64,000 nucleotides of DNA, from positions 77,887 through 141,886 of the forward strand of contig CAVSLY010000021.1 in NCBI GenBank assembly GCA_963728705.1, written 5' to 3'. Below are positions 12,784 through 22,609 of this stretch, in pieces (position 1 is the first letter of the stretch; every line of letters begins with the position of its first letter). The notes beneath the pieces were generated by a model. It did not search any database. It saw only the letters and a program-made list of their open reading frames with translations, and had not been told where the DNA came from. A program made the translations under genes and the position numbers. The stretch comes from an uncultured Gemmatimonadales bacterium. Its GTDB lineage: Bacteria > Gemmatimonadota > Gemmatimonadetes > Gemmatimonadales > GWC2-71-9.

Positions 12784-14480
12784 TGGACTTCGTCCTCACG
12801 CTGCACAGCCACCTGCCGTACGTGCTGAACCACGGGCGCTGGCCCCACGGCAGCGACTGGATCTGCGAGGCGGCGCTCGACACCTACCTGCCGCTGCTCG
12901 AACGCTCCTGCGGCTCGCGGCGGAAGACACGCCGGCGCCGGTGACGATCGGCTTCACGCCGGTGCTCGCCAACCAGCTCGCGAGCCCGGCCTTCGTGCCG
13001 CGAGATGGAGGCGTTCTTCGACGCAGCGGCTCGCGGCCTGCGACGAGGCGCCGGCGTCGCTCGCCGCGACCGGCGAGCAGCACCTGCTGCCCCTGGTCGA
13101 GTACTGGCGGGAGCGGCTGCTCCGGCTCCGCCGGCTGTTCCACGAGGTCGACGGCGACTCGTCGCCGCCTTCCGCGCGCTCGAGGCGGCGGGCCGGCTCG
13201 AGATCATCGGCTCGCGCCGCCACGCACGGCTTCCTCCCGCTGCTCGCGCGCGACGAGAGCATCCGGCTCCAGCTCGCGGTCGGCCGGCCGAGCACCGGCG
13301 GCTGTTCGGCCGCGCGCCCGCGGGCTGCTGGCTGCCCGAGTGCGCCTACCGGCCGCGCGGCCCGTGGGCGCCCTGGCCCACCGCGCCCAGAAGCGCGGCT
13401 GCGGCGCGGCATCGAGGAGCACCTGGCCGACGCCGGGTTCCGCTACTTCTTCGTCGACGCGCACCTCGCCGAGCGCCGGCCGGCCGCTCGGCCTCTACGG
13501 CGATCCGGCCGCGCTCGACCCCGAGGTGCACCATCCGACCGCGCGGACGACTGCCGACGCGGCGCCAGCGCTCGCCGTACCAGGCCTACCGGGTCGCGCA
13601 GCACCGCGGCGCCGGCGACGTCGTCGGCCTACGTGCGCGACCCGCGCGCGTCGATGCAGGTCTGGAGCCGGTTCGAGGGCTACCCGGGCGACGAGTGGTA
13701 CCTCGAGTTCCACAAGATGCGCTGGCCCGGCGGCCTCAAGCTCTGGCGGGTGAGCGCGCCCGGCGTGCGACCTCGGCGCCAAGCAGCCGTACGACCCGGG
13801 CCAGGCGCTCGACCGGGCGCGCGGCCACGCCGACCACTTCGCCGGGCTGCTCGGCGGCATCGCCGCGGCGGAGGCCGGGCGCCGCGACGGCGTGATCGTC
13901 GCGCCGTTCGACACCGAGCTCTTCGGCCACTGGTGGTTCGAGGGCCCCGACTTCCTCGGCGACGTCTACCGCGGCTCTGCGCGGGCGGCCGGAGGTCCGC
14001 CCGATCACGGGCTCCGGACACCTGCCCGGCACCCGCCGCGCGCGGCCATCCGGCTGCCGTCGGGCTCCTGGGGCGCCAACGGCGACTTCAGATGTGGCTC
14101 AGCGAGCACACGGCGTGGACCTGGGAGCGGCTCTGGCCGCTGGAGGAGCGTTCTGGGACGCGGCCCCGGCCGCGCTCGGCTCGGCCGCAGACCCGCTTCA
14201 TCCTGGCGCAGGCGGCGCGCGAGCTGCTGCTGGCGCAGTCGTCCGACTGGCAGTTCATCATCTCGACCGGCGCCGCGGCGGACTACGCCGAGCGGCGGTT
14301 CCGGGAGCACTGCAGCGACGCCGAGGAGCTGGTGGCCGCGCTGGTCGACGGCCACCCGAGGCGCTCGAGCGCGGGAGCCGGCGCGCGGCCGAGAGCTCGG
14401 CGAGCGCGACGATCTTCCCCGACGTGCTGCCGGCGATCGCCGCCGCCCTCGGCGGCTCGCGGTCCCTCGCGCTCGGCTGA
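12784..14480 (+). pseudogene. GH57-family 1,4-alpha-glucan branching enzyme-like protein (DUF1957-containing), many frameshifts
   Basis: The ATG at 12784 follows a GGAG. Fragments: MDFVLTLHSHLPYVLNHGRWPHGSDWICEAALDTYLPLL, LTIGFTPVLANQL, GCWLPECAY, FFVDAH, MQVWSRFEGYPGDEWYLEFHK, VIVAPFDTELFGHWWFEGPDFL, AQSSDWQFIISTGAAADYAERRF. The stop is at 14478-14480. Confidence 0.75.
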
Positions 14481-14483
14481 GCC

Positions 14484-16352
14484 ATGGCGCCGATCCGCTT
14501 CGCCTTCGGCCTCCATCTCCATCAACCGGTCGGCAACTTCGATCACGTCTTCGACCAGCACGTCGACGACGTCTACCGTCCGCTGCTCGAGCCCTCGCCG
14601 CCGGCGAGTTCTTCCCGGTCGTGCTGCACCTGCGGGCCGCTCCTCGAGTGGCTGGAGACGCCACGAGCCGGCGTATCTCGACCAACTCGGCCGCCTCGTC
14701 GCCGACGGCCGCATCGAGCTCCTCCTGGCCGGCTTCTACGAGCCGGTGCTCGCCTCGCTCCCCCGCGCCGACCGGGTCGAGCAGATCCACTGGATGCACG
14801 AGGCGGTCCGCCGCCGCTTCGGCGTCGACGCCCGCGGCCTCTGGCTCACCGAGCGGGTCTGGGAGCCGGAGCTCGCCGCCGACCTGGCCGACGCCGGCGT
14901 CCGCTACGCCCTGGTCGACGACCGGCACTTCCTCGTGACCGGCTTCACCGCCGAGCAGCTGCACGCGCCCTTCTGGACCGAGAGCGACGGCAAGCGGGTC
15001 GCGCTCTTCCCGATCGACGAGCGGCTCCGCTATCTGATTCCATTCCGTCCGCCGGAGGAGACGGCGGCTTATCTGCGTGAGCTCCGCGCCGCCGGCCACG
15101 GGCTGGCGGTCCTGGCCGACGACGGCGAGAAGTTCGGCGGCTGGCCCGGCACCAAGGAGTGGGTCTACGGCGAGAAGTGGCTGGAGCTCTTCATCGCGCA
15201 CGATCGGCGGGCTGGTCGAGAGCGGCGAGGTCGTGCTCAGCCGGCTCGACGACGCGCTGGTGACCGTGCCGAGCGGCGGGATCGCCTATCTGCCGACCGC
15301 GTCGTACCGCGAGATGGAGAGCTGGTCGCTGCCGCCCGACGCGGCGCTCCGGCTCACCGGCTGGAGCGCGATCTCGGCGAGGCGCGCGTCGGCCGGCGCC
15401 GACGGCGCGCTCCTCCGCGGCGCCCACTGGCGCAACTTCCTGGTCAAGTATTCCGAATCGAACCGGATGCACAAGAAGATGATGGCGCTGACCGCGCTGG
15501 CGCGCCGGCACGGCGACCCGCCCGCGGTGCGCCGCGCCATCGGCCGGGCGCAGTGCAACGACGCCTACTGGCACGGCGTGTTCGGCGGCCTCTACCTGCC
15601 GCATCTCGGGACGCGATCTGGCGCAACTGGCGGTGGCGGAAGCGGCGTTGCGGCAGGGGGAGGGACTCGCGTACGACGTGCTCGACTTCGACGGCGACGG
15701 CGCACGACGAGGTCTGGGTCCACTCGCCGCTCTTCTCGGCCCTCGTGAGCCCGGCGCGCGGCGGCGCGGTCGAGGAGTACACGGTGTTCGCGACGGCATC
15801 AACTACGCCAACACCCTGACCCGCCGCCGCGAGGCCTACCACGACCTGGCACTCGAGCGCGAACGGCCGAGCATCCCGGATCCAGACCGAGGACGGTCCA
15901 GCCGAGCGCTGCGATCACGCGACGACCGCGCGATGTTCGTGGACCGGCTGCTGCCCGGTGGCGTGTCGCTCGAGGCCTACGCCGCGGGGCGACTACTGGG
16001 CGCTGCTACTCGTGGGCCCGGCAGCGCTGCGCGCACGCCGTCGAGCGGCGGAAGGGCGGCGTGGAGGTGGTCGTGCACGGTGGCCGACGGGCGCGCTCGC
16101 CTGGAGAAACGCATCCGCTTCGACGCGGACGGGCGGATCGACGTGCCGGTGGACCTGGGACCCCGCGGCCGCGGAGCCCGACGATCGCTTTGCCACCGAG
16201 CTGTCGCTGGCCGGCCCGGTTCGCCTCGCGCCACTCCCGACGCCGAGGAGTGGCGCTTCGACATCGAGACGGTCGCCAAGTCCGAGCGCGGCTTCGACCG
16301 CACCCGCCAAGGCGAAGTCACGCTGCGGCTGGCCGGTTGCGCCTCGGCATAG
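14484..16352 (+). pseudogene. GH57-family alpha-amylase / 4-alpha-glucanotransferase-like protein, many frameshifts
   Basis: Fragments: MAPIRFAFGLHLHQPVGNFDHVFD, ELLLAGFYEPVLASLP, GLWLTERVWEPELAADLADAGVRYALVDDRHF, LAVLADDGEKFGGWPGT, YLPTASYREMESWSLP, WRNFLVKYSESNRMHKKM, QCNDAYWHGVFGGLYLPHL. The stop is at 16352. Confidence 0.75.
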
Positions 16353-17254
16353 CGGCGCGTGGACGCTGTATGCCGCCAGCCTTCGTACTCGGCAGCCGGG
16401 CCCCTTCCTGCCACGACGCACTCCAGCCTGGTCGAGCGCTGCGTTCACCGCATGTCCCTACCCTGCCGTTCACGGCCGGCCGTCCCGGCCCGATCTTCCC
16501 CTCGCTCCGGCCCTTCACGTACGCGTAGATGGCATTGATCTTGTCCATCTCCAGCCCGAGCGCGCACCACGCGGGCATGCCCTTCTCCGGCCGCCCCGCG
16601 CACACGACGTCTGCACGAAGGCTTCCTTGGTGTTGATCGGGCCGTCGGGCTTGAGCGAGACGATGCAGGTGCGGCGCGATCGTCGTGCCGAGCACATCCT
16701 CGCCGTGACAGCGGGCGCAGTTCAGGTTGTACTGCTTCCAGCCGTCGTAGACCGCCTGAGACACGGTGTCCCGGGGCGCCTGGTGGTACGCGTCGCGGAG
16801 CGGCGCGTCGGCCGTTCTGCGGCCGCGTGCCGGCTGATCGCTGGGCGCTCGACGGCGTATCCGGCGCTGCGGCCGTCGGCCGGCGGCCTGGGCGGCGTCA
16901 GTGTCCGCCGCCGGTGCCGCCGGCTTCGGCGCGGCGCGGCGGTCGTGCTTCGCGGCGGTGTCGGCGGCTTGGCCGGCGGCGCCGGCTGGCCGCGGCGGGA
17001 CCGGCTTCGCGGCGCCGGCGTGCCGTCGGGCCGACGCGGGTCCGGCCGCGCGGTGTCGTGGCGGCGCTGTCGTCGCGGCGTGCCGCCGCGGCGGTGCCGA
17101 TTGGCGCCGGCGGCGGCGGCCGCGTCGGTGCCGGCGGCGACGACCGACGTGCGCGCCTTCGGTGCGGTCGTCCACCGCATGCGGCGGCGAGCAGAACGCG
17201 CGGAGCGGCGGCCTTGCCGCCCATCGGCGGCGGGGTACCGGATCGCGTCGTCAT
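16318..17254 (-). CDS. c-type cytochrome with Pro/Ala-rich N-terminal linker; boundaries uncertain, frameshifted
   Basis: A heme-binding CARCHG is present in YDGWKQYNLNCARCHGEDVLG. A distal Met context follows (RPEKGMPAW..INAIYAYVKG). A lipoprotein-like N-terminus (MGGKAAAPRVLLAAACGG) lies in another frame. The true stop may be nearer about 16470. Confidence 0.5.
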
Positions 17255-17410
17255 GCTGTAGCAGGCCATGGACCTTCCTTTCCTTTGGGACACGCAGCGT
17301 ATGCACCTGGATCAGCGCATACTTCACTGATCCCTGAGATCGGCCGCGCCGGCATCTCCGGTGACGACCGTCACCCGGTGCCCGGGGTCACCGCCGGTTA
17401 TCTTCCCGCC

Positions 17411-18306
17411 ATGACGCACACCCTCGCAACCGTGACCCTCGGCCTGGTCCAGATGCGCTGCGCCTCGGATCCCGACGAGAACATGCGCAAGGCCGTGCAG
17501 GGCGTCCGCGAGGCCGCCGGCGCGCGGCGCGCAGATCGTCTGCCTGCAGGAGCTCTTCCGCAGCCAGTACTTCTGCCAGACGCGAAGACCACCGCTACTT
17601 CGACCTCGGCCGAGCCGATCCCCGGGCCCGACCACCGAGGCGCTCTGCGCCGCTCGCCGGCGGAGCTCGGCGTCGTGATCGTCGCGCTCGCTCTTCGAGA
17701 AGCGCGCCGAGGGGCTCTATCACAACACCGCCGCGATCATCGACGCCGACGGCCGCTACCTCGGCAAGTACCGGAAGATGCACATCCCCGACGACCCGCA
17801 GTACTACGAGAAGTTCTACTTCACGCCCGGCGACCTCGGCTTCCGCAGCTTGGGACACGCGGTTCGGCCGGATCGGCGTGCTGGTCTGCTGGGACCAGTG
17901 GTATCCCGAGGCCGCGCGGCTGACCGCGCTGAGCGGCGCCCAGATCCTGTTCTACCCCACCGCCATCGGCTGGCTCCCGCGCGAAAAGGCCGAGTACGGC
18001 GCCCAGCAGCAGGCGGCCTGGGAGACGATCCAGCGCAGCCACGCGATCGCCAACGGCGTGTACGTCTGCGCGGTGAACCGCGTCGGCCACGAGGGCCGAT
18101 CCGAGCGGCGGCATCGAGTTCTGGGGCGGCAGCTTCGTCGCCGACCCCGGCGGCCGCGTCCTGGTCAAGGGCGGCACCGGCGAGGAGGTCCTGATCGTCG
18201 ACCGTGCGACCTCGGCAAGGTCGACGTCAGCCGCACCCACTGGCCCTTCCTCCGCGACCGGCGGATCGACGCGTACGAGGACATCACCAAGCGGTATCTC
18301 GACTGA
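17411..18306 (+). pseudogene. aguB: N-carbamoylputrescine amidase (nitrilase superfamily), frameshifted
   Basis: Fragments: MTHTLATVTLGLVQMRCASDPDENMRKAVQGVREAA; HIPDDPQYYEKFYFTPGDLGF; VLVCWDQWYPEAARLTALSGAQILFYPTAIGW (catalytic Cys context); AIANGVYVCAVNRVGHEG; RTHWPFLRDRRIDAYEDITKRYLD-stop. Confidence 0.8.
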
Positions 18307-18411
18307 CCGTGACAGCGATCGGGACATGCGCGTCCGATCGGACCTCGTGACGTCGCGCTCGCGTCCGAACCCGCCACGCTCCCTGACCGTACCCTGCCGC
18401 TCGGCTACCGG

Positions 18412-19434
18412 ATGCCGGCCGAGTGGGAGCCGCATCGCGGCACCTGGCTGAGCTGGCCGCACAAGGAGGCCTCCTGGCCGGGCAAGTTCGATCCGGTCCC
18501 GCGCGATCTTCGCGCAGCATGGTGCGCGCACCTCGCCGACCGCGAGGAGGTGCACATCAACGTCGCCGGGGCCGGCGATGGAAGCGGCGGTGCGCGCGCT
18601 GCTCGCCGACGCCGGCGCCGACACCGGCAACGTCTACTTCCACCACAACCCGACCAACGACGCCTGGTGCCGCGACCACGGGCCGATCTTCCTGCAGCGC
18701 ACCGCGCGGCCGCCGCGAGCAGGCGATCGTCGACTGGGGCTACAACGCCTGGGGCGGCAAGTACCCGCCCTACGATCTCGACGACGTGGTGCCCGACCCG
18801 CATCGCCGCCGAGCTCGGCCTGCCGGTGTTCGCAGCCCGGGCATCGTCATGGAGGGCGGCTCGATCGACGTGAACGGGCGCGGCACGCTGCTCACGACCG
18901 AGGCGTGCCTGCTCAACCCCAACCGCAATCCCGCAGCTCGACCGCGCGCGAGATCGAGCAGTACCTCCGCGACTACCTCGGCGTCGCCAACATCCTCTGG
19001 CTGGGCGACGGCATCGTGGGCGACGACACCGACGGCCACATCGACGACCTCACCCGCTTCGTCGACCGAGCGCACCGTCGTCACCGTGGTCGAGGACGAC
19101 CCGGCCGACGAGAACTACGAGCCGCTCCAGGAGAACCTGGAGCGGCTGCGCGAGATGACCGACCAGGACGGCCGGCCGCTCCGGGTCGTCACGCTGCCGA
19201 TGCCGCGCGCCGCTCTACCACGACGGCGCAGCGCCTGCCGGCGAGCTACGCCAATTTCTACATCGCCAACGGCATCGTGCTGCTCCCGACCTACGACCCG
19301 CCGCGCGACGAGCGAAGCCGCTCGCCACTCTGCGGACGCTCTTCCCGGACCGGGACGTCGTCGGGATCGACTGCACCGACCTGGTCTGGGGACTGGGCGC
19401 CTTCCACTGCGTCACGCAGCAGTGGCCCGCCTAG
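18412..19434 (+). pseudogene. aguA: agmatine deiminase, frameshifted
   Basis: Fragments: MPAEWEPHRGTWLSWPHKEASWPGKFDPVP; NDAWCRDHGPIFL; DWGYNAWGGKYPPYDLDD; VMEGGSIDVNGRGTLLTTEACLLNPNRNP; ILWLGDGIVGDDTDGHIDDLTRFV; YANFYIANGIVLLPTY; WGLGAFHCVTQQWPA-stop (TAG at 19432-19434). Confidence 0.8.
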
Positions 19435-19436
19435 AC

Positions 19437-19842
19437 TCAGGACTTCTTCCAGGTCCCCACCAGCGCCGCGCGCCGGCCGCCGCAGTTGTCCATGCCCAGG
19501 CCCGCGATGTGGAGCTCGTCCTCGGTCCGGCTGATGACGTAGCGCGCATCGGCCGTCTGGCACGGGCTGCCGGCCGTGTCGGCCTTGAACAGCAGCGTGT
19601 CGCCCATGAAGTCGGCCCGGCCCTTCATGTCCACGGCGTCCGGCCACCGGGGTGACGGGAGCATCAACTCCATCGTTCCCGTTGGTGGCCAGGTTCATCT
19701 TCACTTCGCCCTCACCGTACAGGTCCCGCGACCAGTTGCCCGAGTACTTCGAGGCTTCGCCTCCACAGCCCGCGAGCGCCAGCACCGAGCCAATCAGTGC
19801 CAGATGGCGCACGGATGGAATCATCGGAACGCAGTGAGACAT
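19437..19842 (-). CDS. small lipoprotein of unknown function, one frameshift
   Basis: The ATG at 19842 sits 5 nt downstream of GGAGGAG. A lipobox is present (LALIGSVLALAGCGG). The C-terminal half is in the frame of ORF 19437..19673 (..FKADTAGSPCQTADARYVISRTEDELHIAGLGMDNCGGRRAALVGTWKKS). Confidence 0.55.
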
Positions 19843-19875
19843 GTGCACTCCTCCATGGAGGTGAGAGGAACGGCG

Positions 19876-21090
19876 TTACAGGTAACTCAGCCATGCATCG
19901 CGGCGGCGGGCCTTGAGGCCGGCGTACCAGCGGCATACCGGGTACAGCGCAAGCACGACGGCCACCCAGATGGCGTAGACCGCCGGCAACCCGTAGCCCC
20001 AGTTCGGCGGCGGATTGAGGAAGAAAGGCTCGAGGAAGGTGGAGGGCGGGAACCCTGCCAGCACCCCCAGCGCAAGCGCCACCGCGTGGATCACGAAGAC
20101 GTGCAGCACGTAGTAGAACAGCGGCACCCGCCCGAACACGATCAAGAACCGCGCGACCGGCCCCGACAGCCGCTCGAGCCAGGCCAGCGAGGCAATCGCG
20201 GGGCCCAGCGTCATGAGCAGGAAGGCGAGCGACGGCGGGTACTTGGTCGTGTTGAGGAACGACAACACGGTCAGCACGCCGGTGCGCTGAGGCGACCAGG
20301 GAAACGGGTCGCCGTAGGCGTTGACGGCACGCAGGACCACGAACGCGCCAGTCAGCGCCAGCCCGAGGCGAAGCAACGAACGGCGCCGCTCCTCCGTCGG
20401 ACGGAGGAGCAGGCTGCCGAAGGCGTACCCGGCGGCCACGACGCCGATCCAGGGGATGAGCGGATAGGCCACGAAGAGCGTGCCGTCTCCCGGCAGCGCG
20501 ATCGGCCCCTGCGCGTGAAGCAGTATCCAGAGCGGGCCCCACCCACCGAGCGACTGCGGCGTGACGCCGTCGAACAGGTTGTGGGTCGCGATGATCAGGA
20601 GACCGAAGCCCGCAATCGCCGGAAGCGGCAGATAGACGAGTCCCGCCAGCACGACCATCGAGACCCCGATCACCCAGATCACCTGGACCCAGAGCAGGCT
20701 CGCGTAGCTCAGGTCGAAAGACCACCCCAGGCGGATGACCGTGAACTCGAGCACCACCAGCCAGAGACCGCGGGTCACGAGAAAGCCCGCCAGCTCGTTC
20801 CGGCTCCTGCCGCGAGATCCGTAGAGGAATGCTCCCGTGCCCGCGAGGAACACGAACGTCGGCGCGCAGAAGTGGGTGACCCATCGTGTGAAGAAGAGCA
20901 CCGCGTTGGTCTGCGAGAGGTCCGCGGGGTTGAACCGGAGCTCGGTGAAGAAATCGCGGACGTGGTCCAGCGCCATGATCACCATGACCAGGCCCCGGAG
21001 CAGATCCACAGAGTCGAGCCGGGGCCTGGTTTGCGCGACCGGTGCCGGCGGCTCGACGCTGAGCTGATCGCCGAAGGCGGTGCTGGACAT
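19876..21090 (-). CDS. DUF1624 / heparan-alpha-glucosaminide N-acetyltransferase-like membrane acyltransferase
   Basis: Intact polytopic ORF with the motif RLDSVDLLRGLVMVIMALDHVRDFF..FFTRWVTHFCAPTFVFLAGTGA. The start is taken at the internal ATG 21090 (preceded by GGAGGGG); the track ORF extends to 21195. Confidence 0.7.
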   Translation of the reverse strand: MSSTAFGDQLSVEPPAPVAQTRPRLDSVDLLRGLVMVIMALDHVRDFFTELRFNPADLSQTNAVLFFTRWVTHFCAPTFVFLAGTGAFLYGSRGRSRNELAGFLVTRGLWLVVLEFTVIRLGWSFDLSYASLLWVQVIWVIGVSMVVLAGLVYLPLPAIAGFGLLIIATHNLFDGVTPQSLGGWGPLWILLHAQGPIALPGDGTLFVAYPLIPWIGVVAAGYAFGSLLLRPTEERRRSLLRLGLALTGAFVVLRAVNAYGDPFPWSPQRTGVLTVLSFLNTTKYPPSLAFLLMTLGPAIASLAWLERLSGPVARFLIVFGRVPLFYYVLHVFVIHAVALALGVLAGFPPSTFLEPFFLNPPPNWGYGLPAVYAIWVAVVLALYPVCRWYAGLKARRRDAWLSYL

Positions 21091-21211
21091 ACCCCTCCGG
21101 GGTACGAGCCGGCGGGCATCGCCGGGCCGTCGTGCAGAATCTCCAAAATGTGGAGCGAGCCTCCCCTTCGCCAGAGGAGGCCCGCTCCCCGTCAATCGGA
21201 GCCACGCCGAG

Positions 21212-22607
21212 CTACTGTCGCGCCTGCACCTCCGCCGTTGGGATCGGCAGGGTCGGGAAGATGACGTCGGGTGGCGGCCCGGCCCGATCGGCTCGTGGCG
21301 AGGTCAGCTGTAGCCGCCCGTACCGACGGTAGTCGATCCAGCTATGCCCGCCCTCGTACATCAGCGAGTACGCTGGTTGTACAGCAACTCGGTGATCGCA
21401 GCGTCTGATCGGCGAATGCCGCGCAGCGGGGCGAGACCGCCGGATGTCGTGCGCACGATGATTGATGTCCGTCGCGCCGGTGCCCAGATCGCCAGGCCGA
21501 TGCTCGCCTCGGCGTGAAGCAGGATCAGCTCCTCGTTCTTGATCAGCGGGATCGGCGAGTTGGGGCTGGGATACCTGGATCCAGCCCAGGTCGGAACTGA
21601 CTGCTGTACCGGATCCGTGCGGTCGTGCCGCCCGACGCGGGGCGCGCGTATCACCAGCTTCGTGGTGAACCGCAGGTCCGGATCGCCGTCCGGGCTGCAG
21701 CTGCGCCTGCGCTTCGAAGCGAGGGGTGGCCGAAGTTTTCGCCGGTTCTGCGGGTCGGTCGCGAGTGGGTTGGCGAGGTCGCCCGGGCCCGGCGCTGAAA
21801 TCCATGTACACGCCCAGGTCGAGCGGCGCCGCAGGATCGTAGAACGATTGGCGCCAGGAAGCGTGAGCGCACCGGCGAAGTCGCCCCGGTAGACCGCCAC
21901 CCGGGCCCGAAGCGCGCGGTTGAACTGGATGAACGTGGCCGGGGTATTGAACCCGGCGAATCCCGCCGGCAGGGGGAACGGGAATGCGGCTCGCCCGCCC
22001 GCCGTCAGATCGGTGACCGCCTGGTCCAGCAATGCTCTCGACGTGCTCGTAGGCGTCGGCGTTGGACTCGCGAACGGTGCCGGCGGGGCGGTGATGTCCG
22101 TGCCCACGTCGATCGGGATCGAGTCCTGGGCGTGTGAGTGTCGAGGACGATGCAGGAAAGTTGTAGGCCTGCAGCGTGCTGAGCGAATCCGCTGACCGCG
22201 CTCTGCTCTTCGGCGGTGAGAGCGGCTGCGGTGCCGATAACCGCCAGCAGATCGTTCGCGCTCCGGATGGCCGCGTACTCCTCCCCCCAGTGGTTGCCGC
22301 CGAAGGCCCGGCTGCCGGGGTCCAGCGGGCCCTGCATCATCTCCCTGGGCGAACCGGGGGTCGGACGGTCGAATCCGGTACGCCTCGCGGCCGAAGATGG
22401 CCCATCTCGAGCGCCCAGATCCGCCACGTCCGCCCGGGTGGCGATCAGGATGCCATTCGCCGCGGCGCGCCGACCTCGGAGCGGTTGGGGTTCTCCCCGA
22501 TGATGTCCGGGGTGTTGGGATTTGCGATATCGAAGTTGCAGGCTCCCGCTGCCAGATGACGCCGCCAGGACGCGAGCCAGATGCGACAGCTTGGTGATGG
22601 TCGTCAT
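21212..22607 (-). pseudogene. RagB/SusD-family outer-membrane lipoprotein, frameshifted
   Basis: The N-terminus is MTTITKLSHLARVLAASSGSGS.. (the lipobox continues as CNFDIANPNTPD in a neighbouring frame). Internal fragment: GGNHWGEEYAAIRSANDLL. The C-terminus is typical of SusD (SLMYEGGHSWIDYRRYGRL..FPTLPIPTAEVQARQ-stop). It lies immediately downstream of the SusC-like gene. Confidence 0.7.
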
Positions 22608-22609
22608 GG

